Below, piece by piece: positions 33,859 through 48,273 of a stretch of DNA of 64,000 nucleotides. Within the stretch, counting starts at the first letter, position 1; each line of letters starts with the position of its first letter. The notes under the pieces were generated by a model. The model made no database searches, was not told where the DNA came from, and saw nothing but the letters and a program-made list of their open reading frames with translations. The DNA comes from Cyanophora paradoxa CCMP329. Lineage: Eukaryota; Plantae; Glaucophyta. The DNA is taken from NCBI GenBank assembly GCA_004431415.1, contig QPMI01000049.1, positions 62,001-126,000 of the forward strand. Reading direction: 5' to 3'. Both the position numbers and the translations under genes were made by a program.

Positions 33859-36800
33859 CTACTTGCCCATCTGCCTCCGCAACGACGGCGGGACGTACTT
33901 GCCGCCAGTGGCGCCGGCACCCGCAGCTGGCCGCTCCTCCTCGCGGCGCGGCTCCTCCCGGCGGTCGTCGCGGTCGTCGCGGCGCAGATCCCGGTCGACT
34001 GGCCGCACCCACGACGAGCCGCGCGGCTCGCTGGCACGGGGCTCCTCCCGGCGGGGCTCCTCCCGGCGGGGCTCTTCCATCCTGCACACGCTTTAGCAGA
34101 GGCCGGCGTGCACCAGGTCTTGCTACGAACCGCTCGCGCTCGCGGTCGCGCCAAGAGCCGCCGCTCGCAGCACCCGCGCCGGCACGCCACGTGCCCCCGC
34201 GCTCTGCACGATTCCGGCGTCAGACGAAGCACGCGTGCAGATCGCCGTCGCCGAGGGGGGTTGCATGCCTTCCCGAGCCGGCTCACGAGTCGCCGCAACC
34301 TCGCGCTGCCGCGCCTCGGCCTCCTCCTCTCGCCGGCGGCGGCTGCAGCGGCAATCGGGTCGGGCGGCGGCGGAAAGCACGGGGGCGGTGCTTGGACGCA
34401 CGCTTCCACCAGGTCGACGTCGCGGCGGCGACGCTCCTCGTCTTCGGCGCGGCGGCGCGCGGCGGCCTCCTCGCGCTCGCGCTCCTCCTCCTCGCGGCGG
34501 CGGCGGCGCTCCTCCTCCTCGGCCTCGCGGCGCGCGTTCTCCTCCTCCTCGCGGCGCAGGCGCTCCTCCTCGGCGCGGCGGCGAGCCTCGGCCTCAACCG
34601 CCTTCTTAGCGCGGATGGCGGAGGCGCGCTCCTCGGCCTCGGCGCGGCGCCGCTGGTAGACCTCCATGCGGCGCGCGTTGAGTTGCGCCTCGAACGTGTC
34701 CTTGTCGCCCGCCACGCGCAGCAGGCGCTGCTTCTCCGCGAGGTCGTGCTCGTGCTGGCGCTTGTGCGTCTCGAGGAAGTGCTGGGAAGACCGGCGGGAT
34801 CAGTGCTCGTTGCGCGAGCGCGCGCGGCTGTGAGCGGCATGCAGCCGCACCTTGAGCTGCTCCTCGTAGAAGACGTAGTCGGCCTTCTTCTGCTCCTCGT
34901 AGGCCTGCTCGAGCAGCGGCCGCTCCTCCTCGCGGCGGGCACGCTCGATGTGGTCCATGCGCTTCGCCATGGAAATCATCTTGCGCTCCTGATCGATCTT
35001 GTCCTGGCTGAGGAGCTTCAGCTGCTCCTTGCGCAGCTGCTGCTTGTCCAGCTGCAGCAGCGGGTCCTGCGCGCGGGCGGCTCGAGCGTGCGGGGCGACG
35101 GGGCGCTCCCGGCGCGCTTCGCACCAGCTCGAGCTCCTTCTCCTGGCCGCCCTTGCCCTTCTTCGCCTGCTTCTTCGCGATCTCCTCGGCCAGCTGGCGC
35201 TTCTCCTCGAGCTCCGCCATCTCGCGCTCCTTCTGGATGCGCTCGAGCTCGCGCCGGCGCGACTCGGCCTCCAGGCGCTTCGCCTCGGCGTCCTCCATCA
35301 TCTTCGCCTGCACGAAGTTCGCCTTCTCCTCCTCCTCGCGCTGCACGAGCGTAGGGTCAGGGCGCGCCGGGCCACACCCTCCCCGATCCCTCGCGCGCGA
35401 CGCAGCGGACCATCATCATCTGGAGCTTCTCCATCTCCTCCTTGCGCTTCTCGATGATGGCCTTGCGCGTGAGCAGGCGGCGGTGCTCGGCGACGAGGCC
35501 GCGCAGGACCTCCGCGCAGGCGTCCTTGCGCTTGGCGGCCTTCTCCTTGGCCTGCTGCGCCGGCTGGATCAAGGCGACTGCTGTCTGCATGCTCTTGGCG
35601 AAGGAGACGAGCTGGCCCTTGAACTTGTCCGCCTCCATCGACTGCGGCGACGGCCGCGGTGAGCGGGGCCGGCGCCCCCGATCCCGCGCGAGGGCGCACC
35701 TCGTGCCCGAAGACGATGGTCCCGGCCTGGTGGTCGATGCGGAGGTGCAGGTGGTTGAGACGGACCGCCTCGACGACGAACTTCTCGACGTCCTGGAAGG
35801 ACACGAACGACGCGATCTTCTGGAACTCTGAGATCTTCATCGTCTCGTAGACTTGAGAAAGCTGCGGGGCGGGGGCCATTTGGACCCTCGCTGGCGGCGG
35901 GAGACAGCGGGAACTGGCGGACCTGGGTCAGGACGCGCATGAGCATGATCTTCTCGAGCGGCTGCAGGTAAGTCTTGAAGGTCGCGTGCTCGGACAGGAA
36001 GGTGAAAGTCGGCTTCATGCGCTGAGCGAGGTCCAGGGGGTGGAACTCGACCTGGGGGGCGCACACGGTCAGCGCCACCTTTGACATCCCCGCGCGCCCA
36101 GGCACCTCCAGAATGTTGTAGAGCTCGCGGAACTGGGGCGGCACGGAGCCAAGAATGTTCTTGCTGATCTGCGGGGCGGCGGCTCAGTGCATTTCGGCAG
36201 AGGGCGGCGGAGTGCGCACGAGCTCGGCGAGGATGTTCTCGCGCTTGGGCGTCAGGTTGGAGAAGCCCATCAGGGTCGCCATCTTCATGTTGCGCTGCTG
36301 CTCGACGTCGAACTCGAAGGTGACGCTGCTCGGCTTCTTCTCGGTGAGCGGGATGGACAGGGCCGCGAGAAGAACCTGCGACGCCATCCTGCGGAAGAGC
36401 GAATGAGTGAAGAGGTCCGCTGAGAAGCGACGCGAGGGATGTCGGAACGCACTGGGCGAGGTCCTCGGGCTTGGCCGTCTTCGACTGCGCCTTCTGCAGC
36501 GAGTACAGCTTGTAAAGAGCGTACGCATGGAAGAGAAGATTGTCCGAGACCCAGAAGATCTGAGGAGAGCGCTTAGGCACAAGAAAAGAAAAAAACGGGG
36601 CGGCTATCAAACCTGGACGAGCTTCTGATAGTAGTTCATCATCTGCTGCGGCTTGGGCGCCTTCTTAGCGAGGCTCATCAGGCCGTGGATGTCCTCAATC
36701 GAGCGGTACGCCTCCTGCGGCCGGGCTCGGAACCCGAAGGCGATCGCGTGTCCCTGTAACACAAACCTGCCACAGCTCAAGGTCGGTAGCGGTGTTGAGC

Positions 36801-37616
36801 TGCTCGAAGCGAGTCTCGAGGTGGGCTTGCATGCTCTCCGGCGACGTAAGGGCGATGTTCTGCGGCTGATTCGCGTACTTGCTGAGATTCGCCAGGTGCG
36901 TCCGGAGGATTTCGCAGAGACGACGGAACTCCGTGTTCCGTTTGTACTTCTTGCAGAATTCGAACGCCTGCTTGGCAGTATCCTGCAACACCACGGCGTT
37001 AGTCGGTGGAAAGAACCGGCAGTTGAAACTGCTCTCGCCGCACCTGGTAAACGCTCTCGAGCTTGACATTGTGCCGCAAGATCTCCAGGACTGTACGGTA
37101 CGTCTCCCACAGGAACTTGAGCCACGGGGTGACCAGCTCGCGATCCGAGCGGTCCTTCTGAGTCTCTCCGCTGATCGCGCTGAGCATGAGGCTCTCGGGG
37201 CTCTCCTCTGCCTCCAAATCTTCGATGTCAATGGTGGTTTGATCGGCCTTCGACTGCGCTTCCTTGGCGCGCTCGTTGGCGAGGTTGAGGAAATGGCGGA
37301 TCGCAAGCTCCAGCGAGGCCACGTTCGTTTGTTGGCAGATCATGCGGTACTGAATGAGCCCGTCCTTCGCCATCTTGCCCTTCCTGAGCTCGACGCACAG
37401 GTCGATGTACTTGACGATGATCTTCTCGAGGACCGCCTGCCAGTTCCGGTGCCGCTTCGATGTGATAACATCGTGCAGTGCCTGCAGCGCCGCCGGCTTT
37501 TGGCCGACGGCGATGAGCTCTGCGGCGCGTCAGCGGGGAGCGTTGATCGCGAGCGCGTGCTGCGCACCCTCAGCGCGCTTCAGCGCATTCTCTGGCTTCG
37601 CAAAGAAATGAGACAT
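33859..37616 (-). CDS. EIF3A: Eukaryotic translation initiation factor 3 subunit A
   Basis: [16 protein letters not shown]..., [35 protein letters not shown]...LELWQ, PCI region, charged coiled-coil, C-terminal KYVPPSLRR. Confidence 0.96.
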
Positions 37617-37825
37617 TCTGCCCGCGTTCGAAGCCGCCGCGTCAGCCGCCGCGCTCCGATTTCAGGCAGCCGGTCCGGCGAACTGCGCTCGACGTCAGCG
37701 AAACGAATGCGCCGCTCGTGCTGCCGGTAGCGCTCGTGAGACGCGCGGTGAGGGAGGCTGCAAACCGGAAACGATGGACCGTTTGGGGGTACAGGGCTTA
37801 GAGGGTGCGAGTCCGGAACTCTGAT

Positions 37826-39360
<1,535 letters not shown>

Positions 39361-39752
39361 TGATGATCTCTGGAAATTGGACGCGTTGGAAGGGTGAACT
39401 GTCTACGGGGTTGGGCGCGTACGGGGTTGTCTGCTCCGAGAGGGGTATCATACTACGGTAGTATCGTGCTCTGGCGCTGGCGCCGGCCGGCGCTGCGCAT
39501 GCACTACCCAGAGCCCCTCCCCTCCGGGACCCCAGCCCCTCGCGCAGGTTACTGTAGTACACTAGTACTCTTGATCCAGTCTCTCGGCCATTGTCTCCAA
39601 TCTGTGCGAATTCAGTTCGCACCAGTCTCTTGGCCGGCCTCTCACAGCCGGCAGAAAGCGTCGTTTCGTTCAAGCGCCCCCCGCGCACAGAGCCTAGAAA
39701 GAGCACTGGTTCTTCACGACATTTTTGTACAATCTCACAACTTTCGGAGTAT

Positions 39753-41202
39753 CTACGCATCCGTCATCTGGGCGCTCGCGTTGTACGCCTCGAGATCCTT
39801 GTCGAGGTCCTCTGCAGTGATGTTGGCACGGCCACCACGGCCACCACGGCCCCGACCGCCACCGCGGCCACCGCGACCCCGGCCGCGCCCACGCGTGCTG
39901 AAAAAATGATTAAGTGCGAATGTTTCCTCTGTGACACGCGAGGCGGTGCACGGACCCGCGCGCAGCGGAGGCACCCCCGCGGGCAGAAGAGACGGCTGCG
40001 CCACGACCACCGCGAGTGATGCGGCTATCGGACGAGGTCAGCAATGACATACATTTGAAGGCAAAGCACAGCCTCACCTCGGGTTCATGCGCCGGGGGGC
40101 GCCCGCCGAGAGGCGATCCAGAATCGGCCGGCGAACGCCAGCCGCGGGCGCGGCAGCCAGATTTGAGCCGACGATCCGCACAGTGAGGGGGACGCCGTCA
40201 AGGGCAACGCCATTGTATTGCGCAACGGCTTGCATGGCATCGGCTTTCCGAGAGAACACCACCTCGGCTGTACGCGATCGAGTGAGCGATGCTCTTTGAT
40301 CATTCAAATGACTTTCTTACCCTTGCCGATGCTCCGGCCAGCCGCATCATAGAAAATCTGATACCGCTTAATGTCGCCCACCTCCTCAAAAAGATCCTGC
40401 AGAAGAGAGGCCGGAAAGAGAAGAACGATTAGAAGCTCCAGAAATGGAATCCGTGCATCTCAAAGACCTTGATGTCATCTTCAGTGACGCCGTCGTGAAG
40501 CTGGGTGGCGCTCAGGAACGCCCAGCGTCCGCCGACAGGCCGAACTTACATTTGTTACCATGACGCGAGTGCCGGTCTCGATGTTCCGAATCCCGCCCGC
40601 AACACCGTGCGCCCGAGGACCCTCTGCAAATCGCTGAGCGTCGGGAGAGCACCGGGGGGTTTGAAAACGTGCCCTGGTACATGTCGTGAACCCACATCTC
40701 GTCCACATCAGCCCGAGGCTCAACGCGCTGATATGTCGGCGGTGCGAGTGGAAATGAGCGGCGCCCAGAACGCAAATGCCGAAGCCTCGTAGCTCGGTGG
40801 GCCCGAACACGATGCCTCGGCATCCATGCATGAAGAACTAACCCTCATCGGCCTTGCGTACGGAGCGGCTGCGGAGGAACGGACGGCAGTGCTGCGCGGC
40901 AACCCATTGTAAGACCAGGCCGGAGATTCCAAAATCTTAGAAGAGAGCAGGCTTTCGATTCTGCATCACGAGAACGCTCACCGGCGGGCCTGTGTGTCGC
41001 GCATCGCACCACCTCCGCGCTGGCCGCCACCACGACCGCGAGCGGCGCCCCGGCCGATTCCCCTGCCACCACGACCACCCCGGGACTTCGACTTGATGAT
41101 ATCTGGAAATCGGACGCGTCAGAACTGCGAGCCTTCGCGGCAACATGAAAGCTGGGGGTTCGGATTCCGCGAACCATCGAGGGACATGTCCAGCGTTGCC
41201 AT
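39753..41202 (-). CDS. ALYREF: THO complex subunit 4 / Yra1-type mRNA export adaptor
   Basis: N-terminal LDMSLD|DII, RGG boxes, WVHDMY, RRM (VMVTN|LHDGVTEDDIK|DLF...TAEVVF...YNGVALDG), C-terminal TAEDLDKDLEAY. Confidence 0.92.
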
Positions 41203-41851
41203 CTTGGAGTCTCTGGTGACTGGGACGAATTCGCGAACCACCAGCAGTCTCCTTCGCGCCAAGCTTCAGCTCAGTTTTCGATACGCGCACGTACCCGCAC
41301 AGACGGGGGGGGGGGGGGGATTGGAGCTCGCGAATCGCAATCCTTCAGCGCTAGCTAGCTATATAGAGCCAACGGGGTTGTTGCATGCGCCTGTATAGTA
41401 GCCAATTGCACTTGCAACGGGGTTGGACGCGTATACTGGACTCGATATAATTTCTGGTGCACTTTGTTTCGAATTCGGTTTCAAGTTCAATTTCAATTCA
41501 ATGATTCGGGGTTATTGGACAGACGTTGCGATTAAGTTCGTGTCCAAATGCAGATTTCAGGGGCCGGCAAATTTCAGAACCCGGCAAAGTCGGATCAGCA
41601 TTGACTTCCAAAATCGAAGCACAGTATTGAACTAAACTGCATGAAAAGCAAGTGGGATACAGCGTGAAACAAAGTACTGGTAGGGTATCGATAATGTACA
41701 GCGAAACCAAAATCACACAAGAAAAGCATCGTCAACCTGATGAAAATACAGCTGCGCATGCGTGTGATGCAATTCTGCTCTACAGCACAAAATTAACCTA
41801 GCGAATGCTTTTCCAGGTGCTGGATGATGGCCGCGAATGCACTAAATCAAC

Positions 41852-42905
41852 TCATGGTGGTGGTGTTTCGAATGGAGACAGTACGCAAGATGCCAACGAA
41901 GTACGCTGGTCCATGCGAAAGTATGTGCAGTCCCGCGCATCGCTGTACGGCGGCGCAAGGATGTCCAGAACAGCGCTATCTTCAAGGGCTTGGATTTCGT
42001 GGAGGTTCTTCCACTTGGGCAGAAGCTAAGCGTGTGCATGTGAGCTGGGCGTTGGAAAAAGATGGAGAAGGAAAAATCGCACGATATGAGCAGGATCTGC
42101 TCTGCCTAGCACTTCATCTGCCCTTAAAGAAGCCTGGCGACGCAGGTTAGAGAAAAGCGCGGGCGCTTGCGGATCAAGGATACCTGCAGGTGACCCCTGC
42201 GATGTCCAATGAGTTGGAGATGGGAAAGGAGTTGGAGCAGAATGCAAACCTGTATGGTCGATCGGCCACGGAGCCGTCCAAGAAGTCATAGCTGCGGACG
42301 TGGATGCGGCCCTCTACCACCTTGCTAACCACGCTCATTCCGGGGTGATCGTGCAAGCTATGCATGCCGCTTAAGCAAATAAAAGGAAAGGGCGAGAGCA
42401 GAATAGCGCGTACGGTATCGAGGACCCACGCGGCATCAAGAAGAGACCCTGCGAAGGAAGAAGATCAGATCAGAGCGTGCGCATGGCGGTTAGAGCAACA
42501 CGAGCGACGCACTACTGATATATAGCTATCCTCGTACAGCTGAACATAAGAGATTGCGCATCGTTCCCTGTCTGCTCGAGAATCAGGTTGCGGCACGAGA
42601 CACGAGGTGTTGAGCCTACCGAGGGCGTCGCGCCAGCGAGCATCCCCTCCCAACCCCAGATCATCCGCGTTGACTTCTCCTAGCTGCTGGCATAGCTCAT
42701 CCACTGCGAGGCTTCGCCTGCTGGCCACCATGGTCTCGTGCGTGTCATGCCCCAGATCGTGCGCTACAGCCGCGGCCGAGGCTGACAGATTCCGCAGGAA
42801 CAACTGCATTTTGGGGCCGAACTGGAGGGGCGCCGCTGCGGGGTGCGGTCGGCACTCCAGCTCGGCATGGGCGACCGCCCGAAAAGGTGGGTCCATCAAC
42901 ATCAT
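41852..42905 (-). CDS. Thiol dioxygenase of the plant cysteine oxidase / cysteamine dioxygenase (PCO/ADO) family
   Basis: YVQLYED..., FLMPRGSSIP|LHDHPGMSVVSKVVEGRIHVRSYD, NLHEIQA...VLDILAPPYSDARDCTYF cupin motifs. Start codon uncertain. Confidence 0.88.
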
Positions 42906-43200
42906 AGAGCCGAGTGATCGAGTCGTTGGATTGTTTGCAACCGCGAGCTGCGCATGTTGTGCGCAACCCTTGGCTTGACGTCGACGGAGGAAGGGTACGC
43001 CGCATCAGTCAAGTGTCGAAAATTAACGCAGCGCCCAGCTATAAGATCAACCAGCTAAGATCAAGCCGCGCACTGCGCCGCACACACAGTCAACACAGTC
43101 AGCGGACCTCGGGAATCTGCCGGCGCAATTTCCAACCCAGAATAGATCCTAGCTAGACTCGCGCGCGCACTTAGCTACAGCGGTTCAGTAGCGCAGGCCG

Positions 43201-43589
43201 ATGTCGGGAAAGAGCAGCAGCGCAGAGGAGCTTCGAAAGCTCCGGCAGGAAGTGGCCGCCGAGGAGCAGAAGGCGGCCGCACTGCATGCCTCCATCACCA
43301 ATGGGGGGCGCTTTGTGCCGCCGCCTCCGCCGTTCGATGCAACTGTCACAACGCTCAGCAAACTGTCCTCCTCGCTCGGCGCGACGAAACAGCTCGAGTA
43401 CATCCCTCGGCGCCCCCGAATCGTCACGTGTGCCTCTGCCCCATGCGCGTGCCTTGCTCCATGATTCGCTTATTCATTCGCAGACATCCTGCCGGGGCAA
43501 CGGGCAGCATTATTCCAGATGAGGCCCATCAAAGGCGAACAAACCCGGGCTATGTACGGGGAGGCGGGGGTCGTTTCTACACTCAGTAA
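43201..43589 (+). CDS. Small protein with a CFAP276/FAP276-like C-terminal motif; putative ciliary microtubule inner protein
   Basis: Two exons; ends DEAHQRRTNPGYVRGGGGRFYTQ, matching the H-x3-TN-x-G[YF]-x-R-x3-G-x-F[YF] tail recalled for CFAP276. Confidence 0.55.
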
Positions 43590-44869
43590 ATTCCTGTTCA
43601 ATATGGTTGGGCATCTGTAATATATGTGTCCGCCTGCATCTGTAACAATTACGATTAGGGGTTGGATGAAGCTAGGTCGGACGTCTCTGATTGTGTCCGC
43701 CTGCATATGTAAGATCAAATCTCCCATCCCTCGACCATCCTTCTTTTAATCTCGCTCGGTCCAATTTCACTCGTTCCCTTCTTTCCTCGTCGGTATGCCG
43801 AGCTATAGCTGGCAAGAGCCGGTGCCTGTCATTCCGAAATTCAGGACTTGGTGCCGTGCTCTTTCTAAGCTACGGGCGCGCGGGACCACTCCTAGACCGT
43901 CAACGCTTTAACTGTACCCGTGCTGTTAGGGAAAAATTGGTGCCATGGTGAAATTTTCCCACTGGGCCATGTCGACGTCGACATCGGGGACTAATCCATC
44001 GGCCACATTTGCCGAAATGCGGCAGCCTGTCAGTGCACTGCTCTGCAATTCTGTCACACAGGCTGTGCCACGGTGGGGAGTACTGGATGGCATCATGCTA
44101 GCCATTGCTAGGGCGTAGCTAGCCATATATATAGGGCCGGGGGGCCTGAGGGCTACTGCTAGGCTATATATGGCCGTGTCCTTACTTACTAAGTTGTGTT
44201 TGATCCGATATCGATCATCGGATGATCCGATGATCATAAGTGATCAGGAGTTATGATCATGGTACTCGGTATCACGTGCACACGTACGGTGTGGCACTCT
44301 GTGACGTGCACTGCGCGCGGCATCCTGGCGGGCGTCATGACCGTCGGACACTCACAGAGTCGAGCTGACTCAGTGAACAATTCGTGTCCAACTTGGCAAC
44401 TTGACTAGCCTAGTAGCCTAGTAGGTGACTAGTGGAGCCCGGGGCCCCGATGATCATGATGCGGCATGCCAGCATTCATGATTGGATGCGGATGATCACA
44501 TGTTCATCGAATGGCCCGCGGCTGGCGGCCTAAAAGCAGCTATAGCTAGCACTAGTACTGTTGAGTGTGAACACAGTGTGAATTCTAAAACTTTTGAAAG
44601 CAGCTAGCACTGTTTGGCTTTCAGTCGCTGAGCCATGGCGCTCAAAGGCTCTGCATGTCAATGCACATTCAAGCCATAGACAAGCCTTGAAGCTAGAACG
44701 ATTAGGGGTTGGACGAAACGGCCTCAGCCGGGAAACGGCTGGGTCGGAAACGGCGAGGGCCGCACCTTCCTATTTGTAGCCCACACAAGCGTATGTCACA
44801 GATGCAGCTAGCTAGCCGCTAGCGTGCATGACGTGTCTACACTGAACGCAGACAAGCGACAGACAGAAC

Positions 44870-47800
44870 TCAGCCACTCTTCCGGCTCCGCTTGTTCTTC
44901 ACATTGGCGGTTTCGTAGTAGTGCACCCCAGCTTTCTTTTTGTTGGTAGTCATGCGTTTCTCCTGATTCGAGAATAAAACTTCGAAAATGATGTGTTATA
45001 CCTGGTCCAGCAAGCATTACCTTTTTGCCCGCTCGCTTGCTGTCCTCATCTCCACTCCCATCACCCGTAACGTGCATGGCCTTCTTGCCCTTCTTCGTCT
45101 GCATGCCTGGTTTTGGCGGATGAACAAGCTTGCCCTTTGCTTTCTTCTCAATGGTCTTCTTCGCTGGAATTTCTGTGGAGCCTCGTGCTGCCTTGAGTTT
45201 TTGTGCTGCACCCTTTGATGTTGGCCCCTGTGCCTTCTCCTCATCTAGTGATTGTGAGTGGAAGAAGAGCTCGCATCGCATAAATGGGAGAAACAACGCA
45301 CCTCCTGAGGATGTTGTTTCTTCAACTCCGCTGTGCTCTTCTGCATCAGCCTCTGCTGCCTCGTCTTCATCCGTGACTGAAGAGTCTGCACGCACACAAG
45401 AAAAATCATGATTAGCATTGGCAATCAGGGTCTGACACTTGCGCACCCTCGCCTTCTGCAGTGGGCGCGTCGCTTTTGATGCTGGGTGTTTCTGGGCCTA
45501 TGCACACAAAGTGAGTGGGGTCTCGCTGTCTCGCTTATTCGAAAGACTCGCAAATTACCGTCATCACCACCATCCTCAATTTCTTCAGCTGTAACGTCTT
45601 TTGCGGAGATGTTCTTGAAGACTTCGTCCCAGTCTGGCTCATCTGCTTCAGTCGGTTGAACTTCTGAGGCTCCCGCTTCAGCGTCCTCCTCTGTAAATGC
45701 AGTCTGCACCCGAATCTTCTCGAACTGGAGAAGGAAGTTTTAGCAAGGACAATAGAATCAGCTGGAAAAACAAGCACCCGTTGCTTCAACTGGAACTTTT
45801 CGTTCTGGCTCTCAGTGGCGTCTCCCTCTTCGGCAATCTGAAAAACCAATTTGAGCATATATACCCAGGCACCATCATGGAAGGAGGCTACGGGGCATGA
45901 ACCTCGGACGAGGGTGCGTTCGGATCTGCAGGAGGTGGCACAAAGAATGGTATCTTCCCACGTTGCCAATCGTTCAAAATCATCCTTGCGCTCGTGTTCA
46001 GATCCGGCTCCCCTTTCTGAAACACGAATCTCAGTTAAATTCGGCCACTTCGTCTGTCGTTGGCAAGCAGACCTTCAGTAACCTGCCCGACTTTTTCGAA
46101 AACTGTGTCAAGAAGTCGATGTGATCCGTCCAGTCGGAGATCCCATAGGTTCGCACGATGTACTCCTGAGCAGGAATAAATGCTCTAACAAAAGAGAGTC
46201 CGAGGCAAGAGAGTCTGACCTTCTTGACACGTTTGAGAACCTCCACAATGTGCTCTGTCGCATCTCCAATGTTCTCGACGCGGACGACTCCCTTGAGGAC
46301 TGTGTCGGTCTCCGAGTCCCCAACATTGTAGACTACTCCAGGACAATCGACAAGGAAAATTTTCTTGAAAAGGGTGATGTACTGCCAAACCTGTACAAAG
46401 ACATTCCGCAATGTTTCAACGAACATATGAATTCTGCAAAGATACCTTCGTCTCGCCAGGAATGGGTGCAACATTGCAGACTTTTTTGCCCCGAAGTGTA
46501 TTAATAAGTGAGGACTTGCCCACGTTAGGGTAGCCCACAAATCCGACAGAGATGTTTTTCTTGTCCCGGTGCAGTCGAGAAAATTGGCGCAGAAGGTGGA
46601 TGAGCGAACCCTTGCCGAATGGATTCGTAATAGAAGCATGAAAAGCGAGAGTTGGATACTCCTCCGAGAGGATCTTGACCCAGCGAGACTGCTCAGAAGC
46701 ATAAGGGCGCAAGAAAACAAGAGAATGTCAACACGGCAAATAAATACCGTGACCCATGTAGGCACAAGGTCGCACTTGTTCAAAACAAGAAGAAGGTGCT
46801 TGTGCTGGCCCTTCTTTTTCAAAAAAGACTCCAGGTACTTGGATCGCGTCCCCATTGGATCACGAGCATCCAAGACTTGAACAATTACGTCAGAGCTGTC
46901 AATGACCTGTGGAAAACAAAAGGGATTAATTCGGCAAAAAATTACGAGATGCACTGCTCGCCTTATGAAGCTCGCCGAAGATGCGACGAGACTGGCCTTT
47001 TTCGAATACTGGCTCCTTCATTTGTGGAGTGTAGTCAAGCTCTTGCTTGATGTTGCTGTCCTTCTCGACGTCATACGAGTCTGCATAAAACCAATGAGCG
47101 ACGTGTTCGTCATGTTGGCTGAAAAGTGCACCAGTGCTCGTGTTGGCTTTCGAAGCAAGGGAGTCAAGATCACCCACACTGATCTTCGGCTTCTTCCTCT
47201 TCTGTCCGGGACCAAAAGTATCCGCGAAGCTCTCTACAGAGAGAAGATTCATTCTTGTCGTCTGCTCGATACACAGCGGTAAATCATCTAACTGGGTGCA
47301 TTTGCGACAGAGAAGTCCAGCTGCACCTTAGCAGAGTCCTTTAGGAGCGACAGAGGGAGGGCCTTTTGCTTGAGAACAACTGTGTAAGAGTCGTTCACTT
47401 TGGCTTTCATTTCATCTCGGAACTTTTCAAGCTCCTCTTGCCCTATCACACGGGTATTGCCTGCGGCGAGAATCGTCTGACCCGAGCGACCAAGGAATAG
47501 CGAATAGTTGCCTCACCAAACCAACGACGGTCAGGCGCCACGCGAGCGTGCTTGGGTGCCTCGCGCGACATGAGCTCCCCCTTGACGAGCTTTCCGTCTT
47601 TGTTGCGGATAGGCCTCTGCCTGTACATCTTGAGGCGCTTGACCTGCAGCGCGGTTTCAGCGGGGCTCTTGTCTTCGAAATGATAAACTGCTTACAGTCG
47701 AAGCGCTTCGGAAGCCATCTTTGACTTGATTGGAGCGCCGGGCGTTGTCGGAGCTGCCTTTCACCACCTGCTGCTTCGGAGCCTCCTTCTTCTTCCCCAT
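44870..47800 (-). CDS. NOG2: Nucleolar GTP-binding protein 2 (circularly permuted GTPase)
   Basis: NGP1NT region ([10 protein letters not shown]|NTRVI), [13 protein letters not shown]|[29 protein letters not shown]. Confidence 0.96.
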
Positions 47801-48058
47801 GGTTGATCAACCTGTAGAAAGCTTTAAACTTCGATCGCTCAAGCGCGCGTATGCAGAATGCGCGGCGCCAGAGGGTTCGCGGGCACCGGCGAACGAGTCT
47901 TCGCTGCTGCTGGGCCGCGGGCAGCCTCGAGAGCTAGGCGAAGTCTCGGAAAAGCTTACGGAAAAGCCGCGCACGCTGGCGACTTTCCCCCCGCTCGCCG
48001 GAGAACGGTGGCCGCGTCGCGAGCGGATAGATCAGAGTCAGCTGCGGCGTAGGCGCAC

Positions 48059-48266
48059 CCTAGCTACGCGCTCCGGCTGCGTCTACAAACGCTCCCTGAA
48101 AGGCGCGCTGCTGCCCTCCGAGGTTCTGTAGGCGGACGCGCAACGACGAGGTACCCCCGCTGAAAACTTCGAGGGCGCCGTAGTTTAGCTGCAGGCCCTG
48201 CGCGAGCGTGCGGTCGGCGTAGAGAGACGGGCGAGGTCTAGAGGAAGCGTTCGAGGTCGTCTTCAG
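48059..48266 (-). repeat. 208-bp element, copy A, in the NOG2/TIP41 divergent intergenic region
   Basis: Reverse complement aligns without gaps to 50368-50575, with about 18 substitutions by manual count. Confidence 0.92.
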
Positions 48267-48273
48267 GAAAGCG

